Shown one piece after another: positions 36,601-49,416 of a stretch of DNA of 64,000 bases. Numbering within the stretch: the stretch's first letter is position 1; each line of letters starts with the position of its first letter. The stretch is from NCBI RefSeq assembly GCF_018977255.1, contig NW_024704743.1, positions 28,832,001 through 28,896,000 of the forward strand, written 5' to 3'. The notes beneath the pieces were generated by a model, which was not told the origin of the DNA, did not search any database, and saw only the letters and a program-made list of their open reading frames with translations. The translations under genes were made by a program, and so were the position numbers. Origin of the DNA: Callorhinchus milii. Its lineage: Eukaryota.

Positions 36601-39355
36601 GATTGCTATATTTTGCAGCAAGAATGTGATACTGACTTTGATTTATAACCAGACACAACCAATGCATTTTGACTGGTCGTGGAAAATGTTACCCTGTGCC
36701 TTTTTAAAAAAAAGGACACAAAACTTTTAAACCGGAGGAGGGAAATCCATCTCCAAAGGAAAGTAGTCAGGTTGGACTGAGCTCTTTTATAAGAATTCTT
36801 AGCACTGTGCAACCGCTTACATTCACTTCATTAATAATTAATCTCCTTCTGAAAATCACTTATGAGACATATATTTTAAGTGAAACACACAATATAAATG
36901 GCATATGGAAAAGGACACAGAAAGTGTATTTTGCAAATAGAAAAGAAAATCATTTTGGCACCAATTTTGCAGTATTGAACAGATTCCTGATTTCTTAATT
37001 AAGAAATAGCACAAAATTGACTCTAGAGTGTTTTTTTCCCTTCTATCTCTGCAAAATGTGTATGATGAATGAGTCTTTTTTAAACTCTAAACCGAGCGCG
37101 GATGCCTCCTGGCAACTGGAAGCATATCACGCACATCATTCCAACAGGTGAAATCCACACTCCAGAAAATCATTTCAGTTTGAGCAGTATTCCTGTTAAA
37201 TTCATATCAAGGACTTTTGGATTTTCCACAATCTACTATTGAACTATACACACTTGGTGAATGCTTTTAAGGAAAAACTTTACTTTGTGATTTTCGTAAT
37301 TATTCTGTAAACCAAGCCTACGACTATTCGTATTCCTGAATACACTGGGCATACAATAGTTTGAAAATTGAACTTAAATAACATCTCTACCAATTTGTGG
37401 TCAATGTTTGTTTCCATACAGCACACCTTGTGTTTTTGGACCCATTTTCCCATCTACGGTGGTTGACGTTATAGCCTAACAATATAACCCTGGGCCGTTA
37501 CAACTATTACACCGACAGAACTTAGTAGCTAGAAATTATTTTAGTTAGAACACAAAACACAAAACATGGATTTCTTCCGTTCGCACCAATAAAAAAATAA
37601 TAATCATTGCATTTGACATAGAAACTTATCACTTTGTCGAGCTGTCGCAAAGCGCATCACGTATTTTGCTGTAAAGTGCATTACACTGGTGCGTTACCTT
37701 TCGGCTGTCAAGAAGTGGCCTGCCGAACAAGCACACCAGATCAGGCAAGTCCGCACCAAATCAATACCTTGTTTCCAGTAGCTACCAAGCCACGATATCC
37801 CATGGCACGACCATAAATTAAGAAAAATTAAATAAAGAAAAAAAATGTGTTTATTTGGTTGGCCACCACTGCACTGATGCAACTGGACAAATTCAAGATG
37901 CATGAATTTTGTAAATTATTCCATACTCTTTCTAGTGATAATATCTAAGCTAAGAATCATATCCAAGCATAACCATATACAAAGCTAATCTTTGCACACA
38001 TGGTTTTCCAATCGATCGGACAAAACACAAAAGAGTAGAGAAACTAAAGCAGCCTTACTGTGAAGCGCTCTGAGACGCTAAATCCAAGTTGTTATTGTTG
38101 TTATGATGTTTAAGAATGATACCAAACGCAAATGTATCAATTCACAGTCACAATGAATTTAAATATTTGTGTCACAGTTTATTCAGGCGATAATCACTCA
38201 ATATGTCACCATTAAAGATACATTCAGTATTCCAGAAGCAGCTGGAGGCACAGTTATTAAACTCCGCTGATCCTAATGGGTTGGTGCCTAAAACGCAAAA
38301 TCCAGGAATGCCGAAAGAACGTTACAATTCCTCCTCTAATTCACTCTTGTGGATCTCACGACTTTTAGTATCCCCTTGAATGTGGATTCTGGGAATTCAT
38401 CCAAACAACATACGGGAACCAGAAAAAANTTATCTATACTGTACTGTATTATTACAGGATTTGCAGACTTTTCCCCAGATGTTAAGAGGACTTTATAAAA
38501 CTAACTTTTTTAATTTTTTCCAGGGTCTAAGGGATTTCCAGAGGTCTAAAACTCCCCATGCAGAAGTAGAACTGTGGAAATAAAAAGGCTTCACAACCTC
38601 AATGTCACCAGATAGTTTACTCCCATTTCCCAGCCTTGAATAATCCACTGAAATTATTTAAAAATCAAACAATGTACAAGTATAAGTGTAATAATATATA
38701 ATATAACTACAGTATAAGTGTACAAGTTCAAGGGACTTGAGCAGAATACTTCCACCAACATCCATGTAATAAGCTTCTCATTGCCACGAGTAAGAAGGGT
38801 CACCTCCCCATGAAAATAAATAAATTGCAACAGGACCTCCATGAAGCAGTGCATCCATCACAATTTTTCACAAAAAGTTATCATTCTGCTCACTAAAATG
38901 AACATCCATTGTAATTACAATTTAAAATTCCCTGTGTTTTTTTAAAAACCAACAAGAATGCAACAATGCAATATTTTGCCAGCCAACATCCATGAAGCAA
39001 TCCCAATAAATATTCCACTGAAAAATAAGGAAACATAAGGCGTTTCGAGCTGAGCTGTTCGTTTTCTAAGGAAACGTTTCACAAAAATACGTTGACTGCT
39101 TCTGAAGCTGGGAGTGAAATCAAACAACCATCCCAAAGCTTTTCATGTTGATTCTATGAAGAAAAATATTATAAAAACACAATTGGGCAGGCTTTCCTGG
39201 AAGTTAAATCATCTTCCAATAGTGGTTTCCTTTTATGTACTGCAACTTAAAAGATTCTTGCTCCCTGTTAGTCTATTGGAAAAAAGGTGAAGCTATTTTA
39301 CTATTACCCTTTGTTATTATATGCAGCAACTTTTACAATGTTTAATTTTAAGTAA

Positions 39356-39936
39356 ATGTTTTAAAAACATTATTTTAAAGATGTTCCTGCAATTCAGGAG
39401 AAATTATGTGCATTTTTAAGCAGCAGAGAAGATTTTGCATTTTGAGATGAACAACTCCAGGACTGTGTTAAACAATGGTTAGACATTGTGTGGGACCCAA
39501 ACTGCATTTTTGTCACAATACATTGGCTGATTCGTTCATGATCCCCAAAAAAGGAAGTGAAAAAGCTAAAGCCTCAGAACTGCTAATGTATGTCGTGGAG
39601 TATTGTGTATCAAAAATAAGAAATTCCAACAAATCTAAATCATAAATTGTAAATGATTTAACAGAATCTTACAGCACAGAGGGAAGACATTCAGCCCATC
39701 GTGCCAGCATCGTTCTGAGGCCTTAGCATTTTCATTTCCTTTTTTGGGGATCATGAACGAATCAGCCAATGTATTGTGACAAAAATGCAGTTTGGGTCCC
39801 ACACAATGTCTAACCATTGTTTAACACAGTCCTGGAGTTGTTCATCTCAAAATGTAAAATCTTCTCTGCTGCTTAAAAATGCACATAATTTCTCCTGAAT
39901 TGCAGGAACATCTTTAAAATAACATTTCTAAAACAT
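39356..39936. repeat. Long inverted repeat: 225-bp arms (39356-39580 / 39712-39936), 131-bp spacer
   Basis: Manual comparison gives about 7 mismatches and no gaps. Confidence 0.95.
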
Positions 39937-40185
39937 GTGACAACTCTTTGAAAGAGCTAACCAATTAGTCCAACTCCCCCGCTCTTTCCCTATAGTCTTT
40001 CAAAATTTGAAATTTTTCCTTTTCAAGTATATATCCAATTCCTCTTTGAAAGTTATTACTGAATCTGCTTCCACCATCCTTTCAAGAAAGTGTATTCCAG
40101 AACGTAACTAAATTTTTCCTCATCTGCCCTCTTATTATTTTACCAATTACCTTAAATCTGTATCTTCTGGTTACCAACCCACTTT
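39660..40185 (-). mobile_element. CR1-type LINE 3' fragment interrupted by the right arm of the inverted repeat
   Basis: agaatcttacagcacagaggg...cagcccatcgtgcc resumes at ctctttgaaagagctaaccaattagtcc; ORF has TRRYRFKVIGKIIRGQMRKN..TFWNTL. Confidence 0.75.
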
Positions 40186-40609
40186 CTTTCATACGTAGGC
40201 CCAGTTTTTCAGGCAATCTGCTCAGAAACACTGCTACACTATGTCCTACACTGGCCTTTAACTTTCTCTCTAAAACACTGAGAAACATTCTGTTAAAAAA
40301 TAGTTTAGGCCACACATATTGTTGGAATTGGTGTTTATTACTCTGGAATTTCACAAAATACCAACAAAAACAACATTTTTTGAGCTATTTCTTCGGTTAG
40401 CAATTGCTTGCTGCTCTGTTCATATCACCCATCCTGTGAGGAAGACATTTGGAACAACACATTACAGCAGTTGTTTGTTAAATGAATCCAATGTCCTGAC
40501 CTCAACCACCCTTCCTGGCAAAGTGTTCCAGTCGTTTACCCACTGTTTAAATAAATACTTCCCAGGGTCTGCCCTTAAATTGCCCTTTACAACTCTAAAC
40601 CTATGTCAA

Positions 40610-41325
40610 AAACAACAACAACAAATTATATTTGCATAGCGTTTTCAAGTTGGGAGGATGTCCCAAGGCGCTGGATAGTCAGGGATTTAGACAAGGGCAG
40701 AGGGGTTGGGATCAGGAACGGTCACCGAAGGCACGGTCGAAGAGGAGAGTCTTGAGATAGGTCTTGGAGGAGGCAAGGGAGGGAGCAAGGCGAATGGACT
40801 GTGGGATGGAGTTCCAAAGGGTGGGGCAGAGAGGCTGAAGGCCCGACCAATGGACAGGCTGATATAGAGTTAACAGGTCATGGAGGTCTCTAAAGGTGAG
40901 GACGAGGATTTTTAACTTTATTCTCCAGGGAATGGGGAGCTAGTGAAGCCGGACGAGGGTGGGGTAATAGGGTCATGGAGCCTGGTGTGGGAAAGTTCTG
41001 CAGCTTGTGGAGAGAAGAGTTGGGAAGGTCAACAAGCAGGAAGCTGGCATAGTCGAGCCAAGATGTGATGAACATGTGGATGAGGGTTTCAGCGGCCTGA
41101 GGGGTGAGGTAGTGGCAGAGCCGGGCAATGTTGCTCTTGTGGGGGAAGGCAGAGTAGGTCATGGCACGGATGTAGGGTAGATGGGACAATTGAGCATCAA
41201 ACAAGACGCCTATGTTCCAGACTGGCTCAGTGAGGCTTAGAATAATGCTGACAGTGCCTGAGGGGTGGAGGCGCTGTCGGGTGCCAATCAGGAGGGCATC
41301 GGTCTTGTTGACATTCACCTGGAGA
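40610..41325 (-). mobile_element. 5'-truncated L2-clade LINE
   Basis: ORF 40890-41318 has NVNKTDALLIG, NIARLCHYLTPQAAETLIH; (CAA)n tail at ~40610. Confidence 0.88.
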
Positions 41326-42825
41326 ACAGCCTGAAGTCTGGATTACCAGCCATCATATCTTGCAATACAGTCTATCTATCGCCCAGAATGATTCTGATTC
41401 ACTAAGAACTTGAATATATTTTACACTGCATACAGTACAGTGTGATGGACTATATCTCAACCCACTCAAGCATAACACCACTGAGGAAGCAAGAACTACT
41501 TTGCATTTCATTGACATGATTCCCATTTGACAGAAAAGTTGAGGCTCTTCTGCTAGGCAGAGCACATGGGACAATATAATTGTCCTCACCACTCCTGGGT
41601 AGGAACAAGAAAAACAGACACGGTTCCTGCTCATGGACATAATCCAGACATCACCGCTGATAGGTGCAAGTTCACAGACATTTCTGTCAATGGGAATGGA
41701 CTAGACTGTGACGTATCTTCCCCCTTACCACCCTCACAATTCAATAACCAGCCAACATTGACTGTTCAAGATCACATGTGAATATTGCCTCTCGGACAGA
41801 GTACCGAACAGCAAACTCCATCCTTGGAACTGTGCCCCAGTAGAAGGAAAACAAAGTTAAGATTCTTCAGAAGCGGAAGAGGCAGGGCCAGCAAAGGGAA
41901 AACATTGGAAAAAATATACAGGGGGGAGACCCTGTTTTGATGCTGATTTAAGTCGATAATCTCAGACACTGCGATAAAATGAGACACGATAAAATATGAC
42001 TGTCAGTCATCGCTTTAGCAGTGTCAGACATCACTTCCTACACTTGTATGCATGTGCACTATGTGCAGGAAGCATTGCTCACTTCCTGTGCACTCCATAT
42101 GTGCTCTACGCCAGGAAGCTGGCCAGTCAATGTCGGAAGTGTAGCTGCACTATAGGTGGACCTAATATAATAGGGTCACCCTGTTTCAGGCAAAAAATAC
42201 CCTAAAAGTCAAGGATCTGGTGATTAATACGCAGCTGGAAACAGCAAGTAGCATTAAACAAAACAAAAGAAATTATTTCCATGTGAAAAATACCAACTAT
42301 CTCAATTTCAACACAATGTTGCTCACCCTCCAATCCAAGTAATAAGAGAGAACAGGACATTAGTTACATAGTTACATAAATGTGAAATAGTAAGTTAACA
42401 AGTTTAAACATGGTTGATATGACCACATTTGGTTAAAAAGTTAAATATTTACACAACATTTCAGTGCCCTGAATAGATGTAGTATGAAACAGCAATAGAG
42501 CATTGCTAAACTTCTGGGCAAAGTATTTGGGAATGGAAATCTTGTAGTCAAACTGAAGAGAAACGGGAATAGTTGCTGTGAGGTTCTGTAGTTCCCAGAT
42601 TGCAAAAGGTGAGAACCAGGTGAAGTTTAAGAACATCCCAATGGCCGAAATAAGCAGGTGATAGGCAGTGGAAAAGTTCTCCCATTATTTTTAAATCAAA
42701 GAAAGCAATAGGTTGAGTTTAATCAAGGTGAGTGCGAGGTGAACATTTCCACATTATTGTGCACCATTATGGTAAACTCCTGCTGCCCCCACTAAATAAG
42801 CCCAACAGCAACAGGACAATATAAT

Positions 42826-43422
42826 TATCCTCATCCTCACTTTCAAAGCCCTCCATGGCTTTACTCCTCCCGTGACTTGCTAAACCCATAGCGGCCTGTC
42901 ATCTCCCTCCGCTCGGTGAAATTCCACCTGCTCCATGTCCTCCCATCGGCAATCAGGCCTTCAGCCTCTCTGCCCCCACGATGTGCAACTCCATCCCAAG
43001 CCCCCGTCACTTGCCTGCCAATCTGCCCGCTCCCTCCGTTCAGTGGGCTCCAGCCCGCTCCATGTTTCCTTCGATTGTGCCTACAGTCACACCCTCCCAC
43101 CTCTCCGCCTTCCCTCATCCTTACCCCACCCCTCCCCCATGCTCGGTGAAATTTCTGACCCGACTGTCCAGCGCCTTGGGACGTCCTCCCGACGTGAAAG
43201 GCGCTCTATAAATGTAATTTTGTTGTTGTTGCCTCCTTCAAGGCCCTTCTCAAGACCTTCCTCTTCGACCCCACCTTCGGTCACGCTCCTACCACCACCC
43301 TCCCTGCCCTCCACCCCTCTTGATACCAACCCCCAGCTCGGGTGCACATCCTTGCCTGTCCAGCACTTTGGGATGTCGTTCCGACATGAAAGGCGCTACA
43401 CAATTGTAATTTGTTGTTGTTG
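42826..43422 (+). mobile_element. L2-clade LINE 3' region with two successive 3' tails
   Basis: atcctcatcctcactttcaaagccctccatggc; tails ending (TTG)n at ~43230 and ~43422. Confidence 0.75.
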
Positions 43423-43905
43423 TAATTAAGTGTAATTAAAACACATGTATTTAAAATGGTCACTATCAGTCACGGGCTGTACTTAATTGTCAATACTGTT
43501 ACAGTAAAAGAGACTCGGGAGACAGAAAGTTCAGAAAACCTTTATCTTTTATAATATCAGTAATATTTTGGGCATGAGGCTTCTAGCCGTCCGTGCATAA
43601 GAAAAATAATTAGATATCATATCCCAATCAAAAAGATGACAATACATCAATTGGAGCCAGAGAGCTTTTCTCCACCTCCACCCAATACTTAAACAATGAT
43701 CTTCAACAGAACAAATTGTGGCATACCCTGTTTGCAAACATAGCAAAGTGCTCTGAGCTTCAAAGAAAAATAAACCCAATCCTGAAAAGAATGTGAAGCC
43801 TTTGGCATTATCAGAATGTTGCACAGACCCAGACCCATGAACATTCAGTTTGGTGTGGCTCAGCTGCACTCTCACCATTGCTTTTACCAATACAGTATTT
43901 AATTA

Positions 43906-44265
43906 TGGAGTCTTGTAACTCAGTGCAGTGAATAGAGCAGAAGCGAGAGACCTGGGTTCGATTCCCAGCAGGGCGAAAGGATGGGCTTCCACACGCCTCT
44001 GTTTACCTAGCAGTAAGTAGGAACCCAGGTGTTACGTCGATTGGCTTTTCAGGGGGTAATAATTCCTTTAAAAAAAAACAATAATAAATTGGTCACTTCA
44101 ATCCACGACTGTTTGTGGGACACTTCTGTGCGCAAATGACTGCCATGTTTCGGCCCCAAAGTATAGTCAATTCACTTTACAGTATATTCTGTGAAGCGCT
44201 TTGAGACATCTAGAAGACGTCATAAGGCGTTATATCAAATGCAAGGATTATAATTATAATTATTA
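43906..44265 (+). mobile_element. tRNA-derived SINE, long subfamily
   Basis: Head, long middle, Deu core, tail. Confidence 0.88.
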
Positions 44266-45628
44266 CTAATAGCAGCTACAAGAATGACAAGTGCACATTT
44301 TCAAAGACTGCCAGCACACCAACTTTATCATAATCATTCACAACAATCTTAGCCATTTAAAACTTAATCGGAGTATCTTTACTCAATTTCTCTGTTAATT
44401 GCTAAAGTTGTCATACAAAGTCAGCATATTTAAATATTGAAGGAGTAAGTTCTGTATACTGTAAATAAGATATAATTTACAGTATATCCTCCTCCCCCGA
44501 CATGAAAAAGTGCTATTTCAAATGTAAAGATTATTATTTCTGTGATACACTTAAATAAGAACTTCTCCTCAGCCCTCCTAAACAGTGATGGAAACCCACC
44601 CTCATTACATTGATAATCTTTTCTCTTTCCCCCCACCCCATCACTCAGGCTTCTAGGCAGGCTCCAGACCAGCTATAAAAACAGACAAGGTAATGTGCCC
44701 TCCGTGTTGAAGGGTATATTGACTGGTAAATTAGGACAGATTGTAGGGGGTGGAAGCGGGTAACTCAACACTGTACAACTGTGAATCGCTCTGGGCCCCC
44801 TCTGCACTTTACAGGGTTAATCATGCAAGCCAATGTGCTATCAGGTAGGGTGTTGTAGCTCAACAAGCTCTTGCTATGCTTAATGCTCTCAGGAATTAGG
44901 CAAGAAGGGTGCTTTCCTCTGGGGAGAGAGTGAGTGCACAGCCCATTCCAGACATGGGGAAATTTCTGTTCTGTACGTATGTGGAACTCTCAGCCTAGTT
45001 TCAATACTCTTAAGCACGCTGATGGGTTTCTGTATTTGTCAGACACCCGGCTAACGAGAGAGAAAAAATTCACTTTACAGGTAGCAGCTCTCATATTACC
45101 AGAATTTTTTTTTAAGGGGAAAAAGAAAAATCAAACTTTTGGGAAAAAATGTATATAAGGTGAGGTAAGATAAGACCCTTTCCTTTTGTTACCTTCTCTC
45201 TGCAGATTACAGAAGCAGAAGTGCGAAGCTGAGTTTTACCCTCAGTAAAACTCCTCACAGAGTCGCCACAATTACTGAGACAAAGTTTTTTAAAAGAATA
45301 AAGAATCATTTATCTTCTTTACCTGGCGCTATCACTGACACGGCACCAGCAGTAAACGCCCTTGAATAATCGCTGGGTTACAGCTAACAATCATTTGCCT
45401 TCTCAAACTATTATGTACGAGCATCACTTCAAAACCTCCAATCCAAAAATCATTTGAATGCATTTAACTGCTTGATGGGGGGGGAAGGGAAAACAACAGA
45501 AGAATGCAGAGATACATTGAACCACGATGATAGGACAAGATATATCTTACTTTCTTTTCTCTTGCCCCCAGCCCCCCGACACTGACTCAATGGTTGTATA
45601 CTTTACATGTGCACCTATTACCTCTTAC

Positions 45629-45991
45629 TGTAGTTTATTGGTTAGAGCACTCACCTCGCAAGCGAGAGGATCCGGGTTCGATTCCCATGCGGGGCGAAAC
45701 CTTAGGCAAGTTTCCTTACTCCACACACCTGCTTCTCTAACATTAAGTACAAATCCGGTTGTTAGTCAATTGGTTGAACCCTTTTATGGGGGTAACAAAC
45801 CCTTTTAAAAAAAATTGGGTCACTCAATCTAGGATTGTTTGTGGGACACTGCTGTGCACAATTGGCTGCCGAGTTTCGACTACAAAATATACAGTCAATT
45901 CACTTTCCAGTATATTCTGTGAAGCGCTTTGAGATGTCTCGAAGACGTGAAAAAGCGCTATGTCAAATGCAAGGATTATTTATTTTATTAT
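45629..45991 (+). mobile_element. tRNA-derived SINE, long subfamily
   Basis: Head with B box GGTTCGATTCC, long middle, tail. Confidence 0.88.
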
Positions 45992-47277
45992 CAAGTGGGA
46001 ATTGAGACAATGAGCATCAGCAGGCTATTTGACCATGGGGGGGGGACACCTTTTCTCCTTTCCTATCCATGGATGGGCATAGCTAATTATAATGCCTCTC
46101 ATCAGCTTTTCAAACTATTATTTATGGGCGCGTTTCAAAATCTATACACAGGCAATCTCTGGATGCCATGGTTATGCTTCAGTTCGGAGAGTTTGAGACA
46201 GAGGCCAGCGAAGTGGTGGAGGTCAGAACCAGATACCAGTTGAGGTAGTTCCCTCAGCCTGTGGGTCATGGTGGTGGGTCAATTTGTGAAAGAATAAGGG
46301 GAAGGAAGAAAAAAAATCAGCTAATACTTCCACTCCTGACCTTCCACTCACGGCACCTCTGACAATGTAGTGGATTCCCGGCACTGGATTTGAGTGTCAG
46401 CCGAGATTAAACTTCAATTCCTGACATGGGGCTTGAACGTCATGACTCAAGAGATGAGAGTGCGGCAAACTGAGCGAAGCAAGATGCTGTGGGGTGTGGC
46501 TGCAGGAGAGGAGAGTAAATGGAAGGGTGGGAAAACAACAAATTAAAGCTGGTTTTGCATTTAGAAATGCTGCCAATTTTACCTCAGGCTGGAAACAGCG
46601 CATTGTAGACTGAAGTCAACCAAGTTTATGGAGGTGGTCAAGAATCAATTAGAAACAGCATTCTCTGGCTACAATGACTGACTGTAACTCTCATGCTCTG
46701 AATCAATCAAGAATGCTATTTTTGAGCCTCTATGGGCAGACCAGAGAAACGTTTTGAATTTGCATTTTCATCCAAAGCACCTTATAATAATAATAATCTG
46801 TTACTTCTTCTTAGCATTCTGGCCTGGATCAATGAAATCTTTCTTACAAGTGGCATTTGTAAGGAAACAGCTCCAGAGTGGAGATAAAAACGTAAATGGC
46901 TCTAAACAGCATTAAAACATGCAGTATACGTAATTTACTGTTAAAAATCTAGATAAGGTAATTAAACAATTTTTATTTACTCCCAACACCACTCCAGCCC
47001 CCGATAAAATTTGCTTGTTCATTTGTTTTGTGGCTGTTTGTAGAACATTACTTTGCGCAAATTGGCTGCTGCATCGGCCTACAAATACAGTCACTATTAC
47101 TTCGCAGTAATTTTGCGAGCTGCTTTTGAGACATTTTGTTAATGTAACTTCCTTTCCTTCCCTCTCTTTGCCTCACCCTGATAGCACTCCTGAGCTAACG
47201 CAGCAGAGCATCTCTCGTTTATGCCACAGCTGCTGGTGGACAGCAATCAGAGAATCACCAACAAATTCACATTCTTT

Positions 47278-47938
47278 CATAAGAACATAAGAATTAGGAG
47301 CAGGAGTAGGCCATTTGGCCCCTGGAGCCTGCCCCGCCATTCGATAGATCATGGCTGATCTTCTGACCTAACTCTAATTACCTGCCCTATCCCCATATCC
47401 CCTAATCCCTCTTTTTTTAAAAAATCTATCAGTCTCAGCCTTGAAGATGTTCAAGGACTGAGCATCTACAGCCTTCTGGGGTAGTGAATTCCATAAATTC
47501 ACTACCCTCTGAGTGAAGAAATATTTCCTCAACTCTGTTCTAAAAGGCTGACCCTTAATTTTAAGACTGTGACCCCTGGTTATAGATTCTCCTACCAGGG
47601 GAAACAGACCCTCTGTGGCTACTTTATCCAACCCTTTAAGAAACTTATATGTTTCAATAAGATCCCCCTTAATTCTTCTGTACTCTAGAGAATATAGCCC
47701 TAGTTTATTCAGCCTATCCTCATAGGTCATTCCCCTCATCCCAGGAACTAACCGAGTGAATCTACGCTGCACCCCCTCTAGGGCAAGTATGTCCTTTTTT
47801 AAATAAGGAGACCAAAACTGCACACAGGTGCGGTCTCACCAAGGCCCTATACAGTTGCAGCAAGACTTTCCTACTCTTGTACTCTAAACCTTTTGCAAGG
47901 AACGCTAACATGCCGTTCGCCTTCTTAGTTGCTTGCTT
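47278..47938 (-). mobile_element. 5'-truncated CR1-clade LINE (ORF2 C-terminus + 3' UTR)
   Basis: QFWSPYLKKDILALEGVQRRFTRLVPG...RGHSLKIKG...FFTQRVVNLWNSLP; tandem CATAAGAA tail. Confidence 0.95.
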
Positions 47939-49040
47939 TCTTTACGACATAGCCACCATCATAAGATCACTGTGTGGAACTACTGGAATGAATCGTGCCT
48001 TGCTACTCTATGCATCACTGGGATCTACCTATTCAAAAAAGGATGGGAAGGGTTACTTTGAGCCTCCGCAGTGGGCCAGAGAGGTCAGATTGGAGTCAGG
48101 GAAATCCGCCAAGGTGCAAGAAGAGGCTGGCAAGCACAATGGATGGGTGTGGGAGATAGCTGCTCAGAGGATGTAATTATGTGATAATAATCCTTGCATT
48201 TGATCCCTAAGATCCTCTAATGTGGGGGCTTTGCATGTCAATGTCTCAAAGCAATTTACAGAGTTTTTCTGTAAAGTGTAGCGATGGTGTATTTGTAGGT
48301 TATAATGCAGCAGCCAATTTAGCAATTTAGCAAACAGCTACAAATTGATTAGATTCAGATAGGAGCTTGGTTTATCACTCATCTGAAGGCGAGACTGTAG
48401 ACAGTGCAGCGAAACTTAGCACACCACTGGAGGATCTGTCAAGACTAACATGGGGCTTGAACCCATGACCTCCTGCCTCAGAGGAGTACAGTCAAATGAG
48501 CCAGCCTGACACCTAATGGGAACTTTCTGCCTCTTTTTCAAATACCATTAAACTATTGCAGCTTGTCCACATTTCTAAGAAGCATATTCAGCATTGTGGC
48601 ACTGCGACATTGTGGTGTAAACAACAGTACAGGCGACAGATGCAGAGATTGCATCTCTGAAAATGTGGACAATTAAGAGGCATGAGGTCCATGACACTGT
48701 ACTTGGAACATTCCCAGGACTTCAGCCCACCTCTCACCAGATGAATTAGCTGTGTTAATTGAATACATCTGAGACAAGGATTGATGTACGAAAAACAAAC
48801 ACCAAAAGGATACTGGACAGGTGACAATGTTCAAACCTGTATTCATTTAGTACTTCTCTGACCTGCACGACCCGCTGCCTCCACTTGGCTGAGCCAGGAC
48901 CCTCTTGAAACTGAAAGCTTTCAAACTAAAAACTTACGTGTTTTAGAAAATGTTTGCAAAGTCTCTTCAATTATTAAGCAAAGTGTGGAAATAGCTTAAA
49001 ATAACACACATAAATACTGCCAGATTTCATTTTGAAGATG

Positions 49041-49416
49041 TGGAGTCCTGTAGCTCGGTGGTAAGAGCGCTCGCCTCGCAAGCGAGAGACGTGCGATCAT
49101 TCCCGGCAGGGCGAAACGTTGGGCAAGTTTCCTTACTCCACACACCTCTGTTTACCCAGCAGTAAGTAGAAACCTGCTTGTTAGTCGATTGGCGGATCGC
49201 TTTTCCGCAGATAATGATTCCTTCCAAAAAAAACAATAATAAAACTGGTCACTCAATCCACGACTGTTTGTGGGACACTGCTGTGCGCAATTGGCTGTCA
49301 CGTTTCGCCCACAAAATATACCATCAATTCACTTTACAGAATATTCTGTGAAGCGCTTTGAGACGTCTCCAAGACGTGATAAGACTATATCAAATGCAAG
49401 GATTATTGTTATTATT
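49041..49416 (+). mobile_element. tRNA-derived SINE, long subfamily, well preserved
   Basis: Complete head-to-tail copy. Confidence 0.92.

Noticed and set aside
34283..37117. Shared motif ATGCCTCC(A/T)GGCAACT at ~34301 and ~37102
   Set aside because: A 15/16 match is within chance expectation for all-against-all comparison in 64 kb.
38429..38429. Single N base
   Set aside because: Sequencing ambiguity, not biology.
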